Positions 51,491 through 64,000 of a stretch of DNA of 64,000 nt are shown piece after piece; the first letter of the stretch is position 1; every line of letters starts with the position of its first letter. Location of the stretch: positions 37,324,001 through 37,388,000 of the forward strand of contig OX597823.1 of assembly GCA_951406725.2 (NCBI GenBank). Direction: 5' to 3'. Origin of the DNA: Octopus vulgaris (Eukaryota). The notes beneath the pieces were generated by a model that saw only the letters and a list, made by a program, of their open reading frames with translations, ran no database searches and was not told the origin of the DNA. A program made the translations under genes and the position numbers.

Positions 51491-52412
51491 ATATATAATG
51501 GTATTTTTTATATAAGCTTAAAGCTTATGGCGATCACCGTGCAATGTCTATAAAAAATAGTCTAATAAAGGGGCATATAATCCCTCGACAGAAAAAAGAA
51601 GGCATGCGGATGGGAAAGCCTTCTTTTTTTCTGTCGAAGGCTTATAGTTAATAAAGAGATAAATGAATTAGAAATAAATTACAAACCTTACAATCCTATG
51701 ACTCCACTATGCTCCATACGATTCTTAGAAGTTGTAGTCTATTCTTAGCTACAATAGCGACAACATATACTATTTTATATAGAGATTGTTAACATTATCA
51801 ATACTCAGAAACAGGCTAGAATCGAAGTGCTCAAATTGAGCTAAGTTCCAATTTATGATTTGAATGGAGGCAATGCGAACGGAAAACTAGAGGAACATGA
51901 CCTATTATTCAATAGAATATTCAGTGTATATGTGTACTTTCTTCGACATTAATAAATCAATATAAAGTTCGAAATAATATTAGTATTAAAAACATACAAA
52001 CATATAAACATATAAATATTAAATATTTAAAACCACGTAAATATTTAAAAATATATAGGCTTTTTCAAAATATATAAACGCATAAATAGATACATAAATA
52101 GATATAAACAAACGTCGATATGATATAAAATATAGTGAATTATAAATTCACACTATATGATATAAGATGTTTAAAGACTCGTATGTATTTAAAAATATTT
52201 AAAAAGCATTTATAAATATAAATAATTACGCAGGCAAAATAGAAAACATCAATATGATATAAGACATAGTGAATTATTAATTCACACGATAAGATACAGA
52301 GGAATAAAAATTTACAAGTTACAACACGGAGTCCAGTGGAAAGTTTGAAATTATAAAACATTAAAAGGACATACCAATATACGAAGATAATGTTCAATGG
52401 ATCCAAAAGTTT

Positions 52413-52499
52413 CATCGACGGGCCGTTTCGGAGGCGTGTCAGATAATATGATATAAATTTCATATTTTAAAGGAAACAGACACACCCTTCATCAGGATG
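52413..52499 (-). ncRNA. Type I hammerhead ribozyme with long stem II loop
   Basis: cauc-CUGAUGA-a-GGGUGUGUC(~40 nt)GACACGCCU-cc-GAAA-CGGCCCG-UC-gaug: GUC site, 4-bp stem I, 9-bp stem II. Confidence 0.75.
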
Positions 52500-52882
52500 C
52501 TCCTCAACACGAAAGACACAATGAAAACAACATAGAAAAGGACAGAGAAAAGGACAACTTAAATCATTACATCATTGGCTTGAGCCAATTCGAAAAAATC
52601 CTATATATGTAACAGAGTTAATTAGTGAGGGATTATCCATCTGGGCAAAATATTTTAGTAGGTTTTTGTTCGTACATCAGGCTAATAATAAGTATAGAAC
52701 TCCGCTTATACTTGTGGCAGGGTCCGAGGTTAAAGTTCATCATCATTCTATATTGTAATCCTTGGTTGTGTTCCACTTATACTAGGTGTCACACAGAGTG
52801 ATATACAAGACAAGGTATAAATAATGCTCATCAATATTTTTCTTTATTGCAATAAAGAAATTCATACCTTGTCTGATATATG

Positions 52883-52940
<58 letters not shown>

Positions 52941-53129
52941 ATTTTGGGCTAATGGTATATGTCAATTAGTGTGTAAGTACGTTTACAGTTTGAGCTACCT
53001 CGTGTCATTACCCGTTGGGATATAGATTTGCCGAATCTACGTCAAGAATTCCGAAGTGTGAGTTGACATGATAATAATAATCGATGTCCCACTAGATATA
53101 TCTAGCAGGACATCCCCTTCTTTATGCAT

Positions 53130-53234
53130 GTACCTGATGTGACACAAACTGCACAGATTTAGGCAACACTATTAGATGCACAAAACCCTACCCATCACAA
53201 ACAGTTGCAGGATGGGCCGAAACGATCGTCGTAC
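53130..53234 (+). ncRNA. Type I hammerhead-like ribozyme with ~80-nt stem II domain
   Basis: guac-CUGAUGU-g(..cugca..cccauc..ugcag-gauggg..)cc-GAAA-CGAUCG-UC-guac: stem I gtac/gtac, palindromic ACGAUCGU, GUC site, A9U change. Confidence 0.65.
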
Positions 53235-53714
53235 TGAATAACGACTACAGCTAAATCTACCGTTTCTTTCGCCAATTATCATTATTGTGTATGCGTGAGT
53301 GTAAGTAGGTAGCTTTATATTTATAATATGTACCTATGCATGTGCCTGTGTATATTCCCAACACAAACATACACACATACACTCACATATATATTCAATT
53401 AGACACCTACACGTGTCCGTACAGTTTTTTTTTTGTTTTTTTTTTAACGTTCTGGGATATTTATTCCAAGAAGATTCCAAACACCGGCAAAAGTCTAGAG
53501 TAGTTTGGTTAGCAAGAAGTGTAAAGACGTAGCCTGTGCCAGGCTGCAAAAAGCTGAGCCGAAGTGAAGAGTTTCTTTCTCCCCGAATGTGTTAAAGACG
53601 GGCAGAGAGCCAAGAGAAGCTTAAATGGAAACATCAGAGATTAATTAATTGGTTCTTGTGTTTGTTTGATTTACACTCAGACACACACACACACACATAT
53701 TTAAACACTCAGAA

Positions 53715-53908
<194 letters not shown>

Positions 53909-54202
53909 ATGCATGTATGTATGAATGTATGTATGTATGTATGTATGTATGCTTGTATGTACATACACATACATATACATACATATACATACATGTATAT
54001 GCACGTACCCACATATACACATACACACACATACACTTGCACACACGCACGCGCAGACGCACATACACCTACAAACATATACAGTAAGATGCACACGCGC
54101 GTGTATACACTTCGAGGACTTGACCCACCATTAAACAGAAATGTATAAGTAAAGTTATGTACTTTAGTGGTTATACACGTATATATAGGAATATTTATTA
54201 TA

Positions 54203-54359
54203 GGCGTAGGAATGGCTGTGTGGTAAGAAACTTGCTTCCCAACCACATGGTTCCGGGTTCAGTCCCACTGTGTGGCACCTTGGGCAAGTGTCATCTACTA
54301 TAGCCTCGGACCGAGGATTTGGCGGACAGAAACTGAAAGAAACCCGTTTGTATGTGTGT

Positions 54360-54434
<75 letters not shown>

Positions 54435-54604
54435 TGTCCCCGCACCATCGCTTGACAACCGGTGTCGGTGTATTTAAGTCCCCGTGACCTTAGCGGTTCG
54501 GCAAAAGAGAATAAGTATTAGACTTACGAAGAATAAGTCCTGGAGTCGATTTGTTCAACTAAAGGCGGTGCACCAGCATGGCCGCAATTAAATGACTGAA
54601 AAGA
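54203..54604 (+). mobile_element. SINE family A, full length
   Basis: Same head, core and tail. Internal (TG)n. Confidence 0.9.
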
Positions 54605-54639
54605 ATATGTAAATATATGACACACACGCACATCCCCAG

Positions 54640-54684
<45 letters not shown>

Positions 54685-54735
54685 TACATATATGCATATA
54701 GAGTATGCTTATACATGAGTATGTATGTGTATATA

Positions 54736-54787
<52 letters not shown>

Positions 54788-55523
54788 TATATATGTATAT
54801 TTATATATTTATATATATATGTGTGTGTGTGTTTTTATAAATATATATATACATTTACATCATATATATATATATTTACATTATATATATATATATATAT
54901 ATACACATACTTACATTACATAATTACATATACGGGGTGTGCCGGTGCGTGTATCTAAATACATACAGAAACACATACACACAAACACACACACATACAT
55001 AAGATACATAAACTTATACATACCAATGGTAATTACCATTTTATTTTTACTTTCAATTTCTCGGGGAATCTATCCGTCCGTCCAGAGACTCGAGTGAAGA
55101 TTAAATCTTAGCGAAACACATGAAAATCACTGCCAAAAATAACGATTCTCTAATTAGAAATGAGGTCGCCAAAGTTGGAATCGAAACCGGACTGAAGCAT
55201 TCCTTTCTCAAAAAAATTACCACCTACCATTCAAAAAGTTGGCCCGACGATATTTTGGCAATAACACCTTAATTAGGACAAAAATTCTTCGGGAATTATG
55301 AAACAAGTGAAATTAGAATCCTCGAAGTTATTTGTGGACTACATGAAGTAATTTTAACTTGGAATCGAACTCTGCGCAGTATCCTTCACTTGTAACTAGG
55401 AGCGGTACCACCCGCTAGGTAAACTGAGCAATGGCCAGGGTGGGGACATAGCACAGATTCTGAACAACCTAAAAATTTTTTATCTAGCCAAAGAACACGA
55501 AATTTCAGTAATAAAGAGAGCGT

Positions 55524-55601
<78 letters not shown>

Positions 55602-55741
55602 GAAAATTGTCTAGAATAATCCTTAAGTTTATCCAGTGGTGTGAAAACTCCAAGAATTTTGATAAAATATTCTGGATGAATTAATAGACCGTGCGAATGT
55701 TTGATATATGTAAGTGTATATTTATGTATCTAATTACATAT

Positions 55742-56115
55742 TCTTTTATTCTTTTACTTGTTTCAGTCATTTGACTGCAGCCATGAAGGGTTTTAGTCGA
55801 AAAAATCGACCAAGGACTTATTTCTTAAGCCTAGTACTTAATCTATCTGCTCCTTTTACCGAACCGCTAAGTTACGGAGACGTAAGTACACCAACACCAG
55901 TTGTCAAGCGGTGATGGAGGGACAAACACACACACACATGTTAACATATATTCGGTGGGCTTCTCTCAGTTTCCGTCTACCAAATCCACTCACAAGCATT
56001 TGGTCGGCCCGAGGCTACAGAACAAAACACTTGTCCTAGGTGCCACGCAGTAAAACTGAACCCAGAACCATGTGGTTGGGAAGCAAGCTTCTTACCAAAC
56101 AGTCACGCCTGCACC

Positions 56116-56116
<1 letters not shown>
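55742..56116 (-). mobile_element. SINE family A, full length
   Basis: Reverse complement of the family consensus with a short internal tract. A further head fragment lies at ~56146-56212 (+). Confidence 0.88.
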
Positions 56117-56151
<35 letters not shown>

Positions 56152-56950
56152 GTTAAGAAGCTCGCTTAGCAATCACGTAGTTTCAAGTTCAGTCCCACTG
56201 CATGGTACCTTGAACTTCGGAGGATGATGGGAAAGAAGGAGAAAGGTTTCTTCAAACCAGAGACCTTGTTCGAATACATGGAACGGAGTAGAGCTCTCCA
56301 CTAAAGATGCCAAAGTGTTAGGGGTTGGCCCTGAGACGGGCGATGGGCTCAGTTTTCTGTTGGTTTTGCTTACCAGAATTGGATATTTCAAATTGGCTAT
56401 GCTACACAGGAATGACTGCTTTCTTTTTTCAAAAGATCACTAAACCAAGCATGTGGCTGTATTGTTTATGGATGACATCTATGGCAGTAGTATTAAGTAT
56501 AAAAGCAAAAGTAATGTTGTCGTTGGGGGCGGGGTATTGCTATTATTGTTGTTAATGTTGCAGTTCTTACAGTTGTGGTATTGTTTAGCCAACCCTGATG
56601 AACACACAGTCAAAGATGTTCCATTTATAACCAGCTTAGCAATTCTTTTCTGGCATAGGCTATCTTGGACTTCATATTATAATATGTTCTTGTTTGTTAT
56701 GATAGATTTTATGATTCGGCTGCTATTTCTAGTAGGTCAAACGACCATGTTAACTCTTGTAGGCCCCAGTACATGCTATAGAATGTTCTAGAAATGTTCT
56801 AAATAGAAAAATTTATGTTGGTATGCTGAGAGTTGTGCTGCAAGAATATGTGTATAAATATTTACTAAACTAAACAGGATGTACAGAAATGACTGCGTGA
56901 AGGTCAATCAGTAACAAAGAGAATAAGGTATATATTTTATGAATATATAT

Positions 56951-57102
<152 letters not shown>

Positions 57103-57111
57103 TATACATAT

Positions 57112-57162
<51 letters not shown>

Positions 57163-57177
57163 CATACATACATACAT

Positions 57178-57208
<31 letters not shown>

Positions 57209-58266
57209 TACATACATACATACATACATACATACAGACAGACAGACAGACAGACAGACATACATACATACATACATACATACATACATACATACATACA
57301 TACATACATACATACATACACACATTCAAACACGTACACACACACATAAGAGTTTGGCAGAGCTAATCAGGAGGGAGATGATGGAAATTAAACTAATATA
57401 GTATCAAGGTAACAGAACACTATTAAAGTTGTTAGATCGACAGGGTTTCTTCAGGTGAAGATGGGTCCCTTAACACAAGCAACACCAGAAGGAAATTAAA
57501 TGCCATAGTTTCAATCTTCCTCCTCTTCTCTCTTCTTTTCTCTCCTTCGCCCCCAATGTTTACTGTCTTGTTTATTTTCTTTCATTTTTATCTTTTTTTT
57601 CTTCAAACGAAAACAAATCCATTTACACGGAATTTCTCAAACTTAAAAGTTGCAAGTTGATAAGTGTCGGTCAAATGATGAAGCTTACTTACCTCAACGA
57701 GTAAAGGTGTATATTTTGTAGTTTCAGAAATTCCTCACTCAAAATTTAGTCCATTTAAGGATACTTAAAATGATAAATTTCTAAGGAATATGTATTTTGA
57801 AGTGGGGTTTTTTTTTGTTTTTTGTTTTTTGTTTTTTTTTACTTTTTTGACACATGGAATGCTGTCAGGAAAGGTGATAAGTTTTGATGTGTATGTCTTC
57901 TCCAGAAAGTATTAGGAACTTAAGTGAGCCGCCGTCAAGAAGAGATCGAAATCAGCTTCCAGATTATTTTTTGTGCTCTCCTATTAAACAGATTTCGTTT
58001 CGTCCCACAACCAATATTGGCTTCAACTTACGGCAATATTAGGGTTTCTTTTGGTGAGACACAAAGTGTATGTGAAGCTGACTTAAATAGAAAAAGTGAC
58101 TTCGGGCGCGAATCGAAAATGGGTTGTGGGCTTCGCTTTCAGGGACTTACTTCTTGCTCTATTTTTCTAATTATTGTATTAAATATAATAATTATCTCAT
58201 ATGTGGACAGCATATGCAAAAACATATGGCAACACACTACACACAGTGAGGAGAGAAGGGGCGGGA

Positions 58267-58318
<52 letters not shown>

Positions 58319-59184
58319 AACGCAAGTTTGTAGCTAGGTTTCGTTCAGATTAAACCTACATCACTCAGATTCCCAGTTTATAACCACAGCCTAATTATGT
58401 TTCCATAAAAGGCATGACCAGCTCATTAGACCTAATGATATCGCCATAAAAGACACGAACGTTCAGGTAAATGATTGTCAGCCACTAAGTATCGGCTGGT
58501 AGGTAGAAATTAAGGGCAACAGACTTTAAAGAAAAGATGTAAAAATTCACGGCAAATTGCATTTCTGAAGGTTTTAGAAGCTTTACTCGAGTTTCTAAAA
58601 AGCCAGAGTATCGAACTGTAATATTATAGTATCTTTTGATTAGACACAAAGCAAATATGAATTTGACTTTAAAAAAGAGCCACCTTAGATACCATCACGG
58701 AACTCTGATTTCCAGTCCCATGAAAGATGTTCTCACTTTCTACTTGCTTCGCATAACACTCTTTGTTTATCATGATTGACAGTGTAATCAACCTTACACT
58801 GTAATGCCAACATCCATATCTATACACACACAAACATCTTTCCGCATAATTACCTGCTTTATTTTCTTTATAACTGTATACATATACCTCGTAACAGTGT
58901 TAACTAAAACATTATTTCTATCTTACGCATTGTAAAGTTTTAAATACCACGTACATGCTAACAATATTTTTTAATATTATTCACTTGTACATGTGTAAAA
59001 TATAACTGATATGTAATGATAGATATATGGAAACACATAAGTTATTGTTAGATCATTCATATCAAACAACACAGCCTCTTGCGTCTACTTCTTACCTCTT
59101 GCCTTCTACCTCATTACCATGAACCCAATAAGATGTATGCATACCTCTACAAATGTACATACATCCATTCATACTTTTAAATAT

Positions 59185-59227
<43 letters not shown>

Positions 59228-60136
59228 CGCACCGACATCCAACACAGGTTACACACCATCAGTACACTTCCAGACTCCTGTACTAGGAGTGCACATGCGT
59301 GCGCCCACACGCACTCACAGAAAGGAAACTGCATCCATGCAGATAAACCAGAGCACATATTCATCTAGACAGAGAAAATGTATATCACACGCATTTACAT
59401 AGAGGAAACGCGCTAAACAATATTACATACAATACGTAAGACCCTTTTAATCCTAAACTTAGCCCTTACAGAAGCGCGCATACATAGAAACACGCACACA
59501 AAGGCACAAATGCGTTCAAACACAGACATATTCACAAACATTTTTCTGTAGAGAGACAAAATTCTCTCCTTGTAGATTTATTACAAGTCTGTTGGTTCGT
59601 AAATTATAGTGAGACAGAAACTGAGGAGAATCAAAAAGAAAATACAGGCGGCCATCTTGACACACGTCATAGACGGTAGAAAAATTGGGAAAATGAAAAA
59701 TAAAAAGGAAGGAAAGAAACAAACAAACAAACAGTAGTGTGTAATCATGGGGGAATTTGAAGGAAAGTTGTTTGTTTTGAGATGCTAAGTTTTTATTGTT
59801 TGTTGGTTTGTTTGTTGTTATTGTTGTTTATTATTATTTTACTCGAAGACCACATATACACACATACCCATTCACACAAAGATAAGACATACATACGCAT
59901 GCACACACACACATACACACACACACATCCACTCACAAATCCCACAATTCATTTACTGATTATTATCAAACTATATCATCGACTCGCGTTCTTTTCATCA
60001 ACCACCCCACTCTCTACCATCATCTTCGTTCAACCTGCGTTCCAAACATGTATACGAGATAATTCGCTCAGTAAGTTACTCTAACTTAGTAATAGATAGG
60101 TACATACGCACATAAATACATACATACATACATACA

Positions 60137-60168
<32 letters not shown>

Positions 60169-60754
60169 ATGCTTTTGTACATGTGCACGCACGCACATTC
60201 ATACACATCCACGAACACATACGTACACAAACACGCATTTAAAGCTAATGATACGTGCTTGTGTCCGTGTGCATGATAAATTGTTAGCCGAGGCCAAAAA
60301 ACGTATACATAATATTAATATATATATGTAAATTATATGAATGTGAAAGCAAGCACAGTATATCCACCAACATCCGCATCTATACACTTACACAACATAC
60401 ACATAGATGTGGTATTCAGTTTTAGTTATTTTCTTGCAGTTTCGTTCGTTGTGGTAGGAGGAATCCTAACAAAAACACGTCATTTTTATGTCCTTTTGTT
60501 TTGTTTTTTGAGGGGTTTTTTTCCGATTTCATTTGTTTATTTCTTTTGCATGGGATGTAAAAGTGTACCCAGGTATTCTTGCCTTGTCTTTACCCTTCAC
60601 TCATTCGTTGTTTTATTTATATTTTTGTTTTGTGGGAGTTGTTTAAGGGGATGGCCTTCGTTTATTTATCTTCTTTTGGTGGGATTCTGGTTTCTTTTCA
60701 GCGTATATATGGGAGTATATAATTGTGTATGTATCTGTATGCGTCTATGAGTCC

Positions 60755-60786
<32 letters not shown>

Positions 60787-60859
60787 TGTGGAAGGAAGAG
60801 AGAGTGAGAGTCTATATATAATTGTTTAAGTACCTGTATTTGTCTGAGTCCTGTGTGTG

Positions 60860-60986
<127 letters not shown>

Positions 60987-61241
60987 GAGAGATGGAGAGA
61001 GTCTGTATATGCGCGCGTGTGTATGTGTGAATCTGTATGTATGTGTGAGTTTTCACGCCCAAAAACCTTAAGAGCAAGGAAATCTAGATCTGCACCAATC
61101 GCTGAAGGAACTTCAGCCGAAATTTGGATTAAAGGGGAAAAAATAGTGTGGGGCTTTTTGGAGGATACTAAGATAAATGGGTTTGTATCATTAACCGTGA
61201 TGTGTGCGTGTGTGTTTGTGTGCATGTCCATGTATATACAT

Positions 61242-61309
<68 letters not shown>

Positions 61310-61499
61310 CTATACGAAACTACAATCAAGGATATGTGTGTGTGAGAGAGAGAGGGAATGTGTGTATGTGTGTGCGTGTGTGTGCGTGTGTATATCATAT
61401 TCTGTTCGTTATATATATTCGTCCCTTTCTAAGCTTTGTTAAAAACATTAATATTTGTTACTCACAAGGCAGCAATTTTAGGGAGAGGAATCTGCCGAT

Positions 61500-61760
61500 A
61501 CTCTCTACCCCCAGTACATGACTGGTATTTTATTTTATCGGCCAGGAAGAATGAAAGGTAAAACTGAATTTTGGCAGGATTTTAAATGAGAACACATACC
61601 ACAAGATATTTTTTTCGACGCACTAATGATTCTGCCAATGCTGTGCCGATATTAGTAACTTCAGTTTTTGACGAGTATCATATCTTATCGATCCCGGGGA
61701 GATGAAAGGAAAAGTTGCCCTCGGCGAGTTTGGACTCGGAAGGTGAAGAACCAAAACCAG
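61500..61760 (-). mobile_element. Two old SINE family B fragments
   Basis: 'ttatcg..c..g.aga.tgaaagg.aaa' blocks and 'aatgattctgcca' head. Confidence 0.65.
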
Positions 61761-61990
61761 AATCATAAAACACACTTTTTGAGATGCTCTGAAAAAACTA
61801 TTGAAGATCCAGCAGTGCTCTCGAACCCACTCACATAAGGATGTGCAGGCACACAGCTATAGTTGGATCCTATCAATGCAATATTGTGTAATAGTAGGTG
61901 AAACGCTCAACAATTACAAGTTGATACTAATGCGCAGAAACAATTGTAATGATTTGGATAAAAGCATATTCAGTTCATCTTCTTGTATTA

Positions 61991-62386
61991 TCTTTATATA
62001 TAAAAGTAAGGTTGTGTGCTGTCTGTCTCCTACGATTTAGATTCCTAACTACTCCCACATTTTGCGGTGCAGTTTAACCAAAACCGGGTATCTTATAGTC
62101 GTGATTCCTATCGAGCCCTTCTGGGTATTAGCACGCGTCTACGATGAGTCTACGATTTAAAAAAAAATTACCATCAATTTTTCCCATTTTTAATGCATTT
62201 TTGGCATATATAAGGGAAGTAACTCTCTAAAAATTTATTATTAAATCTCAGAACGTAAAAAGCTACAGTAACACCCCCCCCTTTGTGGTTAGCCATATTG
62301 AGATGGCTATTATACTTTACATCTCTAAAAATGCTTATATAGTTATTGCCCTTACAAACCCGAACAACGCCGGGCGATACTGCTAG
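61991..62386 (+). mobile_element. Non-autonomous Helitron, complete
   Basis: 5' TC (A|TCTTTATATATAAAAG), 3' CTAG|T, GC hairpin cccg-aacaacgc-cggg about 8 nt before CTAG, inserted at an AT dinucleotide with no TSD. Confidence 0.85.
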
Positions 62387-62391
62387 TAATT

Positions 62392-62429
<38 letters not shown>

Positions 62430-62489
62430 TAGAAAGAGAGAGAGGGAGGGAGAGAGAGAGAAAGAGAGAGAGAGAGGCAATTACAAGGA

Positions 62490-62820
62490 AAAATAAATTA
62501 GATATATTAAATATAAGAGTTTTGGTATGAAATCCAAAATACTTATAAAGGTATAAATGCAAAACGAGAGGAAGCAAAGAGTGGAGACGTTCAGATTATG
62601 AATATTTCAGTATAAATATATAGATATTTATATCAATATATCCAACTTACACATAGTGCAAACGACAGAGAAAATTAAATATGAAAATATATACTTATAC
62701 TTAAATAGTCATCGTTTGGAAGTCTCCGCTTTTTGCTTTCTCTCGTTTTGCATTAATTCATATATGCATATTTTGGATTTCGTACCGAAACAGTTATATC
62801 TAATATATCTAATTTGTTTA
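62490..62820. repeat. Diverged fold-back (~130-bp arms, ~65-nt spacer)
   Basis: aaattagatatatt...gaaatccaaaata...aatgcaaaacgagag.aagcaaa.ag.ggagac on the left is mirrored at 62690-62820. Confidence 0.8.
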
Positions 62821-62945
62821 TCCGTATAATTGCTCCCATATCCGTTCAACTTGATCCCCTGTAAACACATCGAAGTCTAAGTTTGAATGATATGCGCACT
62901 ACCAAGTGTCTTCTATACTGAGAATCCCTGGATCTCATCTGTTGA

Positions 62946-62979
<34 letters not shown>

Positions 62980-63128
62980 ATAATAAAAGGGTAAAATTAA
63001 TTAATTGTTAATTAATTTTACCAAGTAGTGTTCAGTATGTAAAAAGACCATTTACGGTATATTAAACATTACGTTATATAATTAGGGCGGTAAAGTAAAT
63101 TATTTTACTGAACCCTAATTATATAACG

Positions 63129-63188
<60 letters not shown>

Positions 63189-63312
63189 AAAGGGTAAAAT
63201 TAATAATTGTTAATTAATATACCAAGTAGTGTTCAGTATGTAAAAAGACCATTTACGGTATATTAAAATTAGTTATATAATTAGGGCGGTAAGTGAACCT
63301 AATTATATAACG

Positions 63313-63316
<4 letters not shown>
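62980..63316. repeat. Direct duplication of a ~140-bp hairpin-ended unit separated by (TA)n
   Basis: 62980-63131 and 63185-63316 share taataaaagggtaaaatt...ccaagtagtgttcagtatgtaaaaagaccatttacgg...ctaattatataacgtaat. Confidence 0.85.
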
Positions 63317-63354
<38 letters not shown>

Positions 63355-63358
<4 letters not shown>

Positions 63359-64000
63359 GTAATAATGACCAATAGTTTCGCATCCACGAAGGCTGTAGCC
63401 TCGCAGACGACTCATCAGACTCAAGCCCGAACACAAATCTGACCCCACACCTCTGGGAGGCAGAAATCTGTTACGGTCATTGGGCGACTGGTAATCAGAG
63501 AAATAGTCCGGCATTAATGAGAACGGGCTATTTCCCTTCGACCAACAATTTATGGACCTGGAGATGAGAATAAGGGATTTATCCCTTGGGCTGCCATTGG
63601 ATCGTTAGGACTCTTCCATGCTTAGTCAGCGAACGGGGAATTCCATGCTTGCAGCGGGTAGCGCTTGAAATGGATGCACGGCGAGTATTCAGCGACCCAG
63701 GTCTCAAGAAGTCTTTAAGCATCTTAGCTCGCTCAGCTATACAGAGCTTGCAATGTACGCTCCCGTTAATGGAGGATGCAGGCCGTTCTAAGCTCCTCCA
63801 CTCGATATCGTATGGGGTCTCTTCATCTTCGAGGCATCAGCCATGGCTGGCCGGGGATATGATGAATCGTCTTTCTGGGATCTTGAAGGAGGACCTGTAG
63901 TTGTACAAGCGTTGCGTGAATGCTGTACCAGCTGATCCAATGTATTTCCAGGCTTGGGTGTTGGTTGTGTTCGCATTACTGGTGCATCTCCGGCCGGCTT
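63355..64000 (-). mobile_element. PLE 3' end (GIY-YIG C-half plus 3' repeat), continues beyond the window
   Basis: Reverse strand KYIGSAGTAFTQRLYNYRSSFK...PYDIEWRSLERPASSINGSVHCKLCIAE...LNTR. Ends at (TA)n. Confidence 0.8.
63363..63424 (-). ncRNA. Type I hammerhead ribozyme at PLE 3' terminus
   Basis: gagu-CUGAUGA-gucgucugcgaggcu(ac)agccuucguggaugc-GAAA-CU(auu)GG-UC-auu: canonical core, long stem II, GUC site, short stem I. Confidence 0.7.

Noticed and set aside
55359-55437. tRNA gene on the minus strand (A-box-like tgctcagttt, B-box gagttcgattcc)
   Set aside because: No convincing cloverleaf. At most a decayed tRNA-derived SINE head.
57924-58337. 137-aa ORF as a host gene
   Set aside because: Non-ATG start, no recognisable domain, and it ends in a (GAAA)n tract.

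Overview
AT-rich, microsatellite-dense animal (eukaryotic) DNA with no host protein-coding gene I can recognise. From memory the SINEs resemble octopus repeats; this was not verified by a search. Almost all ORF-track entries are microsatellite translations. The window is a patchwork of mobile elements: many Penelope-like elements (PLEs, RT plus GIY-YIG) of at least three types, R4/Dong-like and other restriction-like-endonuclease (REL) LINE 3' fragments, a near-complete decayed CR1-type ORF2, two mariners, a maT-like Tc1/mariner, Helitron pieces, two tRNA-derived SINE families, and two head-to-head gag-like (CCHC) ORF1 remnants with no RT. Two linked features stand out. (1) About a dozen type I hammerhead ribozyme motifs lie in PLE 3' ends and in small non-coding elements sitting in (TA)n. 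Nearly all have a self-complementary stem III, which suggests dimer-dependent folding, and several have long stem II extensions. (2) Fold-back insertions recur, including a near-perfect 3.95 kb PLE palindrome (3567-7518) with a 14-nt snap-back loop and a nested 283-bp fold-back element with a 12-bp target-site duplication (TSD). All structures were read by eye. Boundaries of decayed elements are approximate.
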